Assembly (NCBI GenBank): GCA_043228905.1
Contig: JBHGNT010000004.1
Location: 10,478,001-10,542,000, forward strand
DNA from: Azolla caroliniana
Lineage: Eukaryota; Plantae; Polypodiophyta
DNA length: 64,000 nucleotides
Reading direction: 5' to 3'
Shown: positions 51,701 through 64,000 of the stretch, in pieces
How positions within the stretch are numbered: position 1 is the first letter of the stretch
Layout of the letters: every line of letters begins with the position of its first letter
The notes under the pieces: generated by a model
The model's database searches: none
Seen by the model: only the letters and a program-made list of their open reading frames with translations
Told to the model about the DNA's origin: nothing
Program-made: the position numbers and the translations under genes

Positions 51701-54089
51701 CAACTTTCTAGACGGGTTCAGTGGTTACAACCAAATCAGAATGCACCCGGATGATCAGGAGAAAACAACATTTGTCACGGAATGGGGTGTTTTCGTGGCA
51801 GAAGTAATGATGTTCGGTTTGAAAATGGCGCCTGCCACGTTCCAACGCATCATCACCGAAATTTTTAATGAGTATATCCCGGCGTTCATGCAAGTCTTTC
51901 TCGACGACTTCGTTGTGTATGGCCAGCGACTGGAACACATGACCCAGTTATGTCTCTGTCTTGATCGATGTCGCCAGGCTCGGTTAAGTTTAAACCCGGC
52001 AAAATGCACGTTCTTGGTCACCAGCGGCAACCTACTCAGGCACATCGTCAGCCAAGAAGGTATCGCCATGGAACCGGACAAAGTATGCGCCATCCTAAAC
52101 ACCCCCGCACCCTCGAACGCAAAGGCCCTCAGCCAACTTTTGGGACAAATCAAATGGCACAGCCGGATGATACGCCACCTGGCCGATTTCGCGACACCAC
52201 TGCATCGACTTCCTTTTCAATGGACTTCAATCGAGGACAAGGCTTACCAAGCTTTGAAATTAATGCTCTCGCATGCCCCAGTTGTACAGCCCCCGATATG
52301 GTCGAAACCTTTTCATGTCTTCGTGGACGCATCAGATATCGCCATCAGGAGCACACTTATGCAATGCACGGCCCCAAATTGGTATCGGCCAGTGTATTAT
52401 GCTAGCCAATGTCTCTCGGCCGCGGAAAAGAACTATTCAACCACCGAACGAGAGGCCCTCGGTATGATCTACAATATTAGTAAATTTCAGCATTGCCTCT
52501 TAGGCCAAAAATTCACATTTCACGTCGATCACTCGGCCCTCCTTTACCTGGTCAATAAACAAGCCCTGACAGGTCGACTAGCTCAATGGATGCTCTTGTT
52601 ACAAGAGTTTGATTTTCATATACAACATCGACCAGGAGTCTGACACGCCGTCGCTGACTACCTAAGCCGCCTCGAGTCAGGGGACCCTACCGAGTCCACG
52701 TATGATGATTTACCCGATGCCGGCCTATTTAAACTCACAACGCTGCTAGACGACAAAGAAAATGAATGGATCACGGAGATGACCCATTTCCTTAGTATTG
52801 GCCTGCCTCCCGACCACATGCCCCTCGATGCGCGGAAACGACTCGCAGTACGAAGCTGAAACTTTTGTCTTGTTTCTGACATCCTCTACCACAAAGGCTC
52901 GGACGGAATATGGCGCCGGGCAATTCGACAATTCGAGAAGAAGGCCATCCTCCAAGAGGCCCACCTAGGAATCGCCGGTGGACACTATGCCGGAGAGTCC
53001 ACGGCAAGGAAAGTATGGCAGAGTGGGTTATGGTGGCCTACAACGAAAAAGGATGCCCACGAGTTCTGTCGGCAGTGCAACTTGTGCCAACGGTTGGGAC
53101 AACCGATGGAACAAGCTCGAATGCCACACCAACCCATTCTTCTATTGGAACCATTTCAAAAATGGGGGTTAGATTTTGTGGGACCCTTCAAACCAGTCGC
53201 AGCCTGAACCAGTAATAAGTATATCATTGTGGCCACAGACTACTGCACAAAATGGGTCGAGGCAAAGGCTTTACGAGACAACACGGCAGCATCCACGGCC
53301 AAATTCGTGTACAAACATCTGTGGTGCCATTATGGATGCCCAATAGAGCTTGTTAGTGACCAAGGTGGGCACTTTATAAACCATATAATACGCGAGCTTA
53401 TGACACACTACGCGGTTGTACATAAGAAAAGTACACCATACTACCCGCAGGCAAACAGATTGGTAGAATCGACTAACAAAATTCTCCAAACAATCCTGAA
53501 GAAGATCCTCAACGAGAACCACACCGATTGGGATGACAAGCTCCAGAGTGCACTATGGGCTTATCGCACTACATTCAAAACGAGCATTCAATCCACCCCC
53601 TTTCGGATGGCTTTTGGTCTCGAAGCCGTTATGCCCATCGAGTTCCAAGTTCCGAGTCTCCGAGTTCAAGTTAAAACAAGGCTCCCCGAGGCCCAATCCG
53701 AACAATTTAGGCTGGAACAACTCCTCGAACTTGGCGAGGACCGAGTAGCGAGCATAGCCCAACTTGAACAGTGCCAACGACAACGGAAAGCCTTTGTGAA
53801 CCGACATCGGAAAGGATTGGAACAAGAACTGAACACTGGCAAACCGGTCCTCATTTTCTAGACACGACTCGGTGCCATGCCAGGGAAGTTACGATTTCGA
53901 TGGACCAGCCCCTTCTGGATTATTGACGAGTTTAACGGCATGTTCCAGCTCGGCACCCTCATCGGGGAAATTGTCAAAACCTGGGTGAATGGATTCCGAC
54001 TGCGACCGTACCAGGGAAATACCCTAGCCAACCCTTTCGCCGAGTCTCACGGCACAGACAATGAGGAGGCCATGCGTTCCCCTCGGTAA
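48788..54089 (+). pseudogene. Degenerate gag-pol of I
   Basis: Colinear with B: WEPCPFWLQMADT, FLDGFSGYNQI, FLDD, ATDYCTKWVEA, KLRFRWTSPF; many stops and frameshifts. Confidence 0.92.
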
Positions 54090-54539
54090 GAACCCACCAA
54101 CATTCCAAAGCGTACATTAGGTAGGATTAGGCATAGTTTTAGCAATTAGTTAGTTCCACCTAAACCACCTACCACATCACCCAAATCACGTCATGTTTAG
54201 AGGCACACACTAGTGACTTTCACATTCACTTAAGTATTTAAGGCACATGCACAACACCCAAGGCACATCACTAACTCCCTAGGACACGTGGCCATAATAT
54301 CCTATTATGGCATCCACGACCAAGAATATCTAGGCTCCTCTTCATGCACAAAATCCTAGGCATTCGATGAAAAACAGTTACCCCAAGCACACTCCACACA
54401 CAAACGCTTTCTTGCACACCCAGCCTCCATCGCTCCCATGCTCTCAAGCCTCCTCTCGCTCTCAGCGCTTTCATCGCTCCCACCGCTCTTGCTCACAAGC
54501 CCTCTCTTGTCCTCAAACCCCCTCTGCCGCACCACAACC

Positions 54540-57500
54540 ATCTCCTTCCCTCACTCTGTCTCGGTATGGTCTCATCCTCCTTCCCCAATCTTCCACACAA
54601 CAGAACCCCGAGACCATTATGCCTCTTGCAGCTTCACAGGAAACTCGCTCCTAGCTTCAAGAACGAGGATTAGGTGGTTATTTAAAGGTGATCGATGCCC
54701 TTGCACCCCCTGATGCCCAAGCCGTCGGACGCCGAATCCACCCGGACACAGTCACCAACAATATGATTCGTGTTGCCTTGGACCTGAAGTGACGAGGTGA
54801 TCATGAAGTAGAGATTCCCCCTTCCACAACCTTGAAGGAATACTTTGGTGTGTATTCCATATCTGGTAAGGTCTATCGCACTTACGGTGGATCCAACAAG
54901 GCATTCGGAGAAATCGCTCGCATCCTGATGGAGTACGTGTTCGTGCATACCAACCCTACAAGTATGCCACAGAACAAAGCGGTGATCATTATCAGTGAAT
55001 GACGGGAACTGAAACGCTCCCTATACGCAACGCTCGGCCACAACCGAGCTTAGGATCATACACAGAAAACGGGAAATAAAGAACAACACAATGGAAGAGA
55101 AGAGTACGCAGGATGTTTAACGTGGAAAACCCCAAACTGGGGAAAAAACCACGGCAGCCTACAGGCTGCAAACTATCACTAGGTTAGTATGTACAACAGT
55201 GAGTTCATGGAGGCAACGACCTCGTGCTCACGATCTTCGCCACAGGCGGTGGTTACAACAGAGGCAACAACCTCTTTCTCTCTCTCTCTCTCTATACACT
55301 GTTACACGCTCTGATCTCACGCAGACAAGAAATAATAATGACAACAGTTCCTAAAAGTTTGCCCTAAGTCATATTTATACTAATATGACTTTTCAGCTAT
55401 TTACAAATATAGCCTCGATGGACTCTCAGAAACATATTTACGAATATGTCTCTTCATCCGGTTCTCACCGGGTCTGTACCATCCGGCTCTCCGTAGCCGG
55501 GTACTCCTCATCCGGTTCATACCGGGTCTGCACCATCCGGCTCTCCATAGCCGGGTACTCCTCATATGGTTCTTCTCCCTTCCCATCCGGACTGTTCTTC
55601 TCCCAACACTGTTCTTCTCCCTTCCCATCCGTAGGGACCTGTCTCCCAACAGTGAATACGAGGGAAACAAAATCGATTGGGGAATCATCACCAGCGAAGG
55701 AGTCCGCGCGGCGCTCGAATCCTTCCAAATCGGTAAGTGTTTGTTGCCTGTGATCAATCACTTCCTCACAGTCCTCTACCCACCTCCTTCGGTTTCCCCT
55801 CATCGCATCTTGACCTCTCCACCACCACCAAGGAAACAACGGGAGAAGATTTTGGCGATAACCCAGGAAGAATGGGAAGACCCCTCGCCTTTTCCACCTC
55901 CCTCACGTGTTCGGAACCCCACTTCTGCCTCGGCACCACCCCCACCAAAAACATAGAAACAACAGGCGGTCACAGCGACCCGCGTCAAATGGGACGAGGC
56001 CGAGGAGCCCATCCCCGAGGATGTCACCATACGCCAGAAACCACCAAGGACATCAATGACCTCTCCACAACCGAGCCCACGGCCCACAAGCTAGTAGCCC
56101 TCAGCCATCTGGCAACAAAAGAGGAAACAAGCCGAGGAGCCAACACCACCGGCCCCGGATGCACAGGATCAGCCACCAAATCATTCGAGAGGCAACCACA
56201 GAAACCGAGGGTGACCATCATCAGAAATCAAAAGAGGATAGCCCAACCTCGACGGCCATGGTACCAGCGGAGTCATGGCTCCAAGTCGGTAGGATCGAGC
56301 ATGGACAAACCACGCAGATATCAGAGGAGGAAGTCCTCGGTTACAAAGATCTCCTTGCAGAGGCATACGAGTTCAGTGCACTACTTCGACTAGGCACAAC
56401 ATATGAGTTAATGGATTTCCTCGTGCGCGCCCAAGTAGCTGTCGTCACTCGTATGGCCGAGGAGCACGCCAAAAACAAAGATGATTCAACACACTCTAAT
56501 GGGTGAAATTGAACCTCATGGAACGGAAGATAGGACGGAAGAAGCAAGCACATGGAACTACCAGATCTAAACATGGCCTTAGTCGAGGCATATCGCAATC
56601 TGCACCACACTACTCGGGTAGCCAAGGACATGGCCCGACGTATCAAAACAGCGCATCAGCAAGCCAAGCGGGCTATCGAGTTATGGCAAGCCGCCAAGGA
56701 GAAATTGGCAACATTCCAACAGCAACATCCAGAACTGTCGCCCTTAAGCCTCCCTACGCCGAGTGACGCTAGCTCACCAACCACTCTTCCGAACCCGAGC
56801 CTGAGTGCTGCAGGTACCGAAGCATAGAAAGACGACACCTCTCACCCTAGGGTAGCCACGGTCGATTCCAGCACAATAACGGACTTGGTACAGACAAGCG
56901 AGCCATCGTCACGAGCATATATCAGCCCGCACCCCCAAACCAGCCACGCCTCCACGCAAACGTCACCACCACCGGTCGTCATGGAATTATCTACACAGAC
57001 AGACAGGGAGCCCTCGCCCCAAATCCAACAAGCGGCAACCTAGACAGGGCATCCCCTTCGGGACTACCAGGAGGAGCTTAAGGCCTAGATCGCTCTGGCC
57101 GAATTGGTAGAATAGAACCACAACAACATTCTTGGCCAGGTATGGGAACAAGCCGCAAGCCGCGAAGTGAACCTCAAGCGACTGCTTGTTGAAAGGTCAG
57201 CCGCGCTTGAAGAATGAGAACGAGAGGTGATGACCATTCAAGTCTCTATCACTGAGGCCAAGGAACGTTTCATCAAAGAACCTGAGTGGAATAGCCAACG
57301 GGAACAAGAGCTCTTCACAGACAACCAGAAATTACGACGTCATCAAAGAGCCTTACAAGACATGGCCAACGAACATATGCAAAAATGGAGGATCTCGGAA
57401 GAGCAAAGAGCAAGAATTTCCGATGAGTATCGCCAGTTGCAAACCGAGCACATCGCTGCCATAGAACAAAATCGGGATGCTTGGCGAAAAGACATAGACG

Positions 57501-58345
57501 AAATTGTAGCTCAGCTCACCACACGTTATGAGCAGACAATCGCGCTCATCACCGAAAAAGCAAAAGATAATCAAGCTACTTTAGCACTCCTCCTCCGCAA
57601 AAGCCAAGCAGAAGCCAAGGACGCAAGGGAGGCAATGGAAGTTCACCGCGCTAGCATCGGCATGGACGATACTAAAATAAAGATCCTAATCAACAAGTAT
57701 CGCCAGCAATTCACCACAAAGATCAAAGACACACTTGACCGTGTCTAGTAGGGGTGGTTAGACCAAGCCGCGGACCTACACATACTACGCGCGGATGCCG
57801 AGAACCGATGGAAGGAGGGCCAAGGGTTTTACAAGATGGATGACACCAGCATCCAGACCCTCCGTGAAGACTTAACTAAGGAATATCATACCTTGACAGC
57901 ATCCCACATCGCGGCCATCGAGCAACTCTTAGAGGAATTCAACGACGATCTAATGGTGTTTCTCTTAGAAGTCGAAGCGTACGAGGAGCACCAACTCACT
58001 ACCGGGATTAACAGAGCTCCCACAACCAACGAGCAAGGACCCGAGCCACCCTCCTCGGCAGCTAGACTGGAGGAACCTACCCCTACAGACCTCCACATCC
58101 TAACCGAGCCACTCACCACGGTAGCGAGACCGGTGGAACCTGCCCCTACAGACCTCGACATCCCACCCGAGCCACAGACTACAACCACGACCCTACCTGA
58201 ATCGGTCCCAACAGAGGAGGGCACACACAACGACACCGCCATCCCCGACTCGGCAACGAAACCTCCATCACCAACCCCACCTTCCGAGCAGCTAGACCAA
58301 CCCCATGCCCCCAAGGATATCCTCGGCATATTGGAAGAGGAATAA
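54540..58345 (+). pseudogene. Extra ORF of I (about 1000 codons): globular N-domain, Pro-rich linker, coiled coil, acidic Pro/Thr tail; interrupted by a solo LTR; start approximate
   Basis: Frame is restored across the solo LTR (KAVIIISE|YEGNKIDWGII); ORF pieces 55741-55956, 56159-56506, 56552-56827, 57227-57748, 57836-58345. Confidence 0.75.
55000..55651 (-). mobile_element. Solo LTR (652 bp, copia-like) with TSD GTGAA and internal 54-bp and about 38-bp tandem repeats
   Basis: TG...CA termini; GTGAA at 54995-54999 and 55652-55656; AACGTGGAAAACCCC...AAAAACCACGG motif. Confidence 0.9.
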
Positions 58346-60656
58346 AACAACCCTATAAGCCCTCGTATGAACGGGCAATTTTTGTAAATTGTGTTGTTTT
58401 GCCAAATCCATGGTTACTCCTCCACATTGTGAACCGTGGGCCCGACGAACAAAGTCCCGTCCCACGGGCGTGCCAAGTGTTGTCCATGGGACAAAAAGAT
58501 AAATTAGTTAAATGTAATACGCCGGTAGGTAAGGCTAGTATGTGAGGAAGGTAGAGTTTAGGAAAACGCCGAGTTTCGAGCCTCATAGTCAGCCGACGGC
58601 TCGGCTCTGCATGAAGAAAAAGTATATAAATCGAGGTCTACGTACCTCACCAGAGAGGGAGATATCTAGAGTATAGGCGAGGTCTTTTTCATAGTTACAA
58701 GAGCTCCGTAAGGTCACCGTTCGTGAGCCGTGTTTTGTAATCATCGATAATTGTTTGTAGTAAATACATATCTATTAGCTCTTACTGTTTTCATCTGTGT
58801 TCCGTCGTTCTTATGATCTCAACTACGTATACGCCCCGGGTTATATTCTGGGTATGCTCTCCGTTCTCTTCCCCTAACGACGCCTCCGTATACAAGTCTT
58901 CACGTTACACTTCCCTTGATACCGATAGCTTGTAGGCATATCGAAGGTGTTTCCAAAGGAACGGATAACACTCGACGTGGCTGAGGGGAACTTCACCGAC
59001 ATGTTTGATGGTATGCGAAGTGTCATCTCCCATTTCGACCACTCCTTGTGATTCCGGTTTCTCCAAGTACGAGAACCATTCCTCATGACTCGTCATATGA
59101 TTTGACGCTCCGTAATCAACATACCACACCTCGCTTGATTTCGAGGTGTTCACCGCCATAGATTTGGCCTTATGCTTCATTACGACAGTTGGGCCCGATT
59201 TGTTTCCGGCTCGTTTAGAGCCTTCTACGTAGTGCGATCTCTAATGCCTCTCCGCGTCTCTTCGGCTCGATCCTTCTTTGTCCGAATCGGCTTGCTTTTT
59301 CCAGCACTCGCTCTCCTTGTGGCCTTTCTTGCCACAGTACCAGCATTCCGACGCGGCCTTCTCTTGCCGGCTTCCAGAGCTACCATCACTCCCCCTGCTT
59401 CTGGGGGGCCCGGAACTACTGTCGGCATTTCGATTATGCCGCTTGTTCTGCTCTTGTCGGCCGCCACCATTGTGCATCGATCCGCCTTGTCCACCACGAC
59501 CACGGGGCCTATCTTCCTCCGTGTACAGAATCTTGCCGTCAGCGTGCGTACTCGTCGAAGCACTCATGTGATTTTCCTCCACGAGCAACATTGACTGAAG
59601 CTCGAAGAACGAAGGCGTATTCTCCCTCGTACAGACCGCCGTTCGGAAAGCTCCGAACCTAGATGCTAACCCACCAAGGCAAACCTGCACCATTTCATCT
59701 TCCTCAACGTTCATGTTGACGGAGGTGAGAGAATCACAGATTTCCTCGATTCAGGACGTGTAATCAGCCACAGACAGATCTTTCTGTCGGACATTGCTGA
59801 GCTCCTGCCTGAGCTACAACTTCCTAGCCGTTGTGTTTGCGGCGAAAATCTTTTTGAGATATGCCGACGCATCCTTTGGCGTCTTAGCATCCCGAATATA
59901 GCTCAATAGTTGGTCGCTCACACAGGATGCAAAGCAGTAGAGAACTCTGCTAGCCACTTGTTCCCAAGCCGGAAAATCTTCGTGTGTTGAATCGGGTGCT
60001 ACACCATTAGCTCCTTCGACATAACTCCAGTAGTCATGACCGAGTAGGTACTGGTGCATCTTGTACGACCAAGATGCGTAGTTGCTCCTGTCGAGCTTTT
60101 CAGTCGGTACCGAGCTTCCCATACCTCTGCCGATATTGCTGTCTCTTTCTTTTCCAAATAAAAACAAAGAACAACTTCAACTTTGTTTTGTTGCAAGCTT
60201 TTCTTGTCAGCTGTAGGGGACATCAACCCTCACGCTCTAATACCATGTAAAAGAATACGTTGTGCGGAAGCGTGTGCATAAACACAGAGTACACAGTTCG
60301 GAGGAATAAGACAGTTCGGTAAAAAAAGCACAGAAAACGCAGAGATGGAGATGTAGAGGGAGAGACAGAGAGAGAGAGAGAGAGAGAGCAGACAACAGAA
60401 AACTCAAATTCAAAATAATACTCTCTGTACATACATCGTGCTCAGTGAGCACCTTTTATTCAATCCCTGACATTCGGGCTAACACAAGTACTGACAGTAC
60501 TTGACACTCATAAATGAGCCGCTACACTCACTCCCAAAATTATTCCTTTCGAGGAATATCTCTCTAACGGCCTCGCGATTTACGCACCGCTACGGCCTAT
60601 TGCGCGCACGGTTTTACGCCCAGTTACGCACCAAATGTTGAGCTTGTCTCTCAACA

Positions 60657-63150
60657 TTTACGAAACTTGATCTCCATACTGGCTACCATCAAATTTGTAT
60701 AAGAGAGGACGATGTTCCTAAAACGGCATTTCGTACGCGCTATGGCCATTATGAGTTTTTGGTTATGCCTTTTGGTTTGACCAATGCTCTGATTACATTC
60801 CAACAAGAAATGAATGACATTTTCCGAGAACAACTTGGAAAATTTGTCATTATTTTCTTGGATGATATTTTAGTTTATAGTCGTAGATTACAAGAACATG
60901 CTAAACATGTCCGCTTTGTTTTACAAACATTGCGTGATAAACAGTTTTTATGCGAAGATCTCAAAATGTGATTTCTTCAAGAAATCAATTACTTATCTTG
61001 GACATCTCATAATCAAACGAGGAGTTGAAATTGATCCTTCTCGCATCGAGAAAATCAAGCTTTGGCCCACTCTTCAGAATATTCGAGAAGTTCGATCATT
61101 CCTTGGTTTTGTTGGGTTTTTGCGAAAATCCCTTCGTAATTACTCCCAATTGACAATGCCGTTTACTGATCTTCTAAAAGGTCAAACCCGTAAGTCTACA
61201 AAACCTATTGTCTAGAATGCTACACTAAACCTCGCCTTTAAGGTACTCAAGGACCTGGTATGCAAGGCTCCTTCACTTCTTTTACCCGATTCTTCAAAAC
61301 CTTTTGAGGTTGAAACCGATGCAAGCGATTATGCTATAAGTGTTGTCTTATATCAAGATGGTAAACCAATAGCATTTGAGAGTAAGAAACTTGACTCTGC
61401 TCAATGTCGGTATACCATTCAAGAAAAGGAATTATTTGCAGTTATACATGCGCTCAAAACATGGCGCCATTATCTTTATGGAAATCACTTTGTGGTAACT
61501 ACAGACCATGTGTCCTTAAAACATTTTTTGTGACCAACAAGACCTGAAAGGTCGTAAGGCACGATAGGCTTATCTCATCCAGGACTTTGATTTTTCCAAT
61601 ACGATATCGTAAAGGTTCCATGAACACTGTCGCTGATGCACTATGTCGCATCCGTGAAGTTAACATGCTTAGCTTCATTGAAGTAATATCAGATCTTTAT
61701 GATCACCTTCGAGGAAAGTACCCTGATGATAGTTATTTTGCGAAATACTGGGCAAGAGTTGAGTCAGGAACAAACACCACCACATCCTCGAAGGAATACT
61801 TCCACATTGCTAACGGTCTGCTCTATCGTAATGGGAAGGTTTGTGTTCCAGATTTGCCTGAGGTCAAAACGAGATTTCTTTTTTAATGCCATGATGCACC
61901 CTCAGCAGGGCACCTTGGATTACATCGTACACTCATTCTCATCTCCACTCAATTTTATTGGCCTAAGATGCGTCCTGACATACATAGCTATGTGACTAAA
62001 TGTCACCAATGTTAGGTTAACAAAGCCGAGCGACTTAAAGCCGCAGGACTTTTACATCCCTTGCACATTCCCAATAATAAGTGGGAAAGTATATCCATGG
62101 ATTTTATTGTTAGCCTTACTCGCACCCAAAAAGGTCATGATGCCATCTGGGTGGTGGTTGATAGACTAACTAAAATGGCCAGATTTATTGCTACTAAAAC
62201 CATGGTAACAGCTCCTAAATTGGCTTACCAATTTGTTGACGAGTTATTTCATTTTTATGGGTTACCGATGGATATCGTGAGTGATCGAGATCCAATATTT
62301 ACTAGTGACTTCTGGACGCAAGTCTTTAAGAAGTTAGAAACTGCATTGAGCATGAGCTCCACGGATCGTCCTCAATCCGATGGACAAACAGAACGAGTAA
62401 ATAAAATTATTGAGGACATGCTTCGAGCATGCGATGGTACAAAATCAACAAAATGGAAACATTATCTCCCAATTTTGGAGTTTGCTTATAACAACTCCAA
62501 GCATACATCGACGGGATATAGTCCTTTTATGTTGATGTATGGTTTTCAGCCATGGGCCCCAATTGATGTTAATATACATCATGATGAGTTGCGAAGTACC
62601 CAAAACTTTCTTCGGAATATGCAAGATATGTTGCATATTGCACAAGATAATATAAAAACAGCTCAAGATAGAGCGCGTTTTTATGCCGATCATCATAGAC
62701 AACCGTGTATTCCACCCTAGACAGAATGTATTTTTATGTGTGCCTCACAATTCTAAGACATTTTCTAAGGGTAAGTGCGCTAAGTTAGGCCCACGGTTTT
62801 GTGGACCTTTTACAGTTCTCAAACACATTGGGTCATCAGCCTATCGGCTCGCTCTTCCCGATGGTGTTGAAATTCATCCAGTTTTTCATGTGAGTCATCT
62901 AAAAGAACTTCTAGGTTCTGACGACAATACAGTTACAACTGAAACTCTAGTTACTTCTGAAGAATTATCTTCTAAACCACATGTACAAGAAAGAATTCTG
63001 GATGTTAGAACAAAAAAATTACGTACTAAAGAAATCAAAGAATTTAAAATCAAATGGATGGATAAATCAATAAAAGATGCCACATGGGAACGCGAAAATA
63101 CTCTCAGAACTAACTTCCCTAACTTTCCATTGCAAGAGTGCAATGTTTTA
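60657..63150 (+). pseudogene. J RT (C-terminal part), RNase H, integrase and C-terminal chromodomain
   Basis: [54 protein letters not shown]...IHPVFHVSHLK, ERILDVR...KIKW...DATWE. Confidence 0.92.
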
Positions 63151-63165
63151 AAGAGGGGGGGAGTA

Positions 63166-63342
63166 TGTTATGGGCATGACCATATAATATCCCGTGGTGA
63201 GAATTTACCGTAGTATTCTAGCCATGCGGATAAGTGTGAGGGTTAAATGAGAGTGTAAAGAAGGGGAGGATTACTTTTAATCCTCACGATTGAGACAACC
63301 CATTAGGCCAAGTCTGAACTTGCCTGGGGGCCTTGGGTATTG
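63166..63342 (+). repeat. 5' portion of the J 3' LTR, preceded by PPT AAAAGAGGGGGGGAG
   Basis: TGTTA start after the PPT; homology to 8860-8912 (reverse). Confidence 0.82.
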
Positions 63343-64000
63343 TGAAAGTGTTTTTAGAATTCAAGGTATTGAAGTCTACAAGAATATAAGGTATGGTGCG
63401 TTCACATCCGGAGGGCAAGATCACGAGCTAAGGTCTTGAGGATAAGTCAAACAAAAAGCAAGTCACGTGGAGAAAAGCAAAAGAAGAAAAAAGCGGGCAC
63501 CAAAATGCAGTCTACAACGAACGCTCATAACTCATTCGTTTGGAAGCCAAATATAATGTGTAAATATGGGTTGGAAAGTTTGTGAAGAGAGCTATCCATA
63601 GGTTTTTAAAGCTCTAAATTTAGAGCTTCTACGAGGGAGATATGACGATTAGAAGATCGTTGTATCATAGCTAAGAATAGGAGATGGAAAAGCTGTAAAA
63701 AAAGCGTGGAAAAGAAAGCAAGCGAAACTTATCTACTAGAGGAGAACTTCATATAAAGCAAGAAGAGTGAGGTGATGAAAGAGAGCCTTTTTTTTGTGGG
63801 GTTTTTCTTGCCTATTCATGTAGTGCGTTTTTTCTAGTGATCAATTCATTCTTGTAGGCTTGAGTTTATGTATCTTCTTTCTCTTGTTTCTATGATCATC
63901 ACTCCTTATTAATATATCTTTGTAGATTTGGGTTTCTATATCTTCCTTCTCTCTCTTTTCTATCATCATCTCTCTTTTCATTTTGGCGCTCCAGGGAGGG
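63343..64000 (+). mobile_element. Element L: 5' LTR (63343-63980) plus PBS-like TGGCGCTCCAGGGAGGG (63984-64000); continues beyond the window
   Basis: TGAAA...TTTCA termini; interrupts the J LTR; PBS resembles the tRNA-Arg type. Confidence 0.65.

Larger units (their letters stand above)
48575..58970 (+). mobile_element. Element I: non-chromovirus Ty3 (A/B-related) with a long extra ORF; TSD CCCGA/CTCGA
   Basis: Truncated 5' LTR 48575-48727 matches 3' LTR 58478-58970; the rest of the 5' LTR, PBS and gag start are deleted. Confidence 0.9.
39120..60656 (-). mobile_element. Element G: Ty1/copia (sister subfamily of E and F) with TSD TTTAC, hosting F and I
   Basis: LTRs 39120-39480 and 60246-60656, PBS 60234-60245, PPT 39481-39492; coding pieces 58971-60122, 48445-48574 and 39494-42867. 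Confidence 0.93.
8911..63342 (+). mobile_element. Element J: chromodomain-bearing Ty3 (Tekay/Reina-like chromovirus), host of the whole nest
   Basis: Partial 5' LTR 8911-9192, PBS TGGTATCAAAGC 9195-9206, leader split by D, gag from 34540 split by the K block, PR-RT split by G, RNaseH-IN-chromodomain, PPT, 3' LTR from 63166. Confidence 0.85.

Noticed and set aside
55385-55839. ORFs with repeated peptides such as EEYPATESRMVQTR
   Set aside because: They arise from tandem repeats inside the solo LTR and cross its boundary
57227-58345. Coiled-coil ORFs as a host gene or an env gene
   Set aside because: They lie between pol and the 3' LTR of I with no introns, signal peptide or transmembrane segment evident; treated as part of the extra ORF

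Overview
The window is a plant heterochromatin-type block made almost entirely of nested LTR retrotransposons, with no recognisable host gene, RNA gene or CRISPR array. The lineage mix suggests a seed-free land plant such as a bryophyte, fern or lycophyte (inference). Labels A-L are mine. Left part (minus strand): chromovirus copy J' (6451-8913) contains self-priming Tcn1/Tf1-type element H (5006-6450), which contains Arg-primed non-chromovirus Ty3 element A (1-5005). J' is fused head-to-head to a second copy, J (8911 to >63342, plus strand), which hosts everything else. J contains: (i) gag-only tRNA-Trp element D (9798-33527), which holds a solo LTR, copia E and its pol-encoding relative C (19194-32134, 4-bp TSD), with element B inside C's 5' LTR; (ii) a rearranged patchwork block with element K (34590-37276); (iii) copia G (39120-60656), which holds copia F and non-chromovirus element I, with a solo LTR inside I; (iv) the 5' LTR of element L in J's 3' LTR. 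Most notable: a tRNA-Trp-primed, fungal-like Ty3 autonomous/non-autonomous pair with a predicted -1 frameshift after the protease; a homologous extra ORF downstream of pol in two divergent non-chromovirus families; a copia Pol C-terminal extension lying between two identical PPT 12-mers; exact 11-nt self-priming complementarity in H; a 34-bp micro solo-LTR with TSD; and a near-full-length copia inserted without integrase hallmarks. All alignments and identities were read by eye, and no database searches were run.
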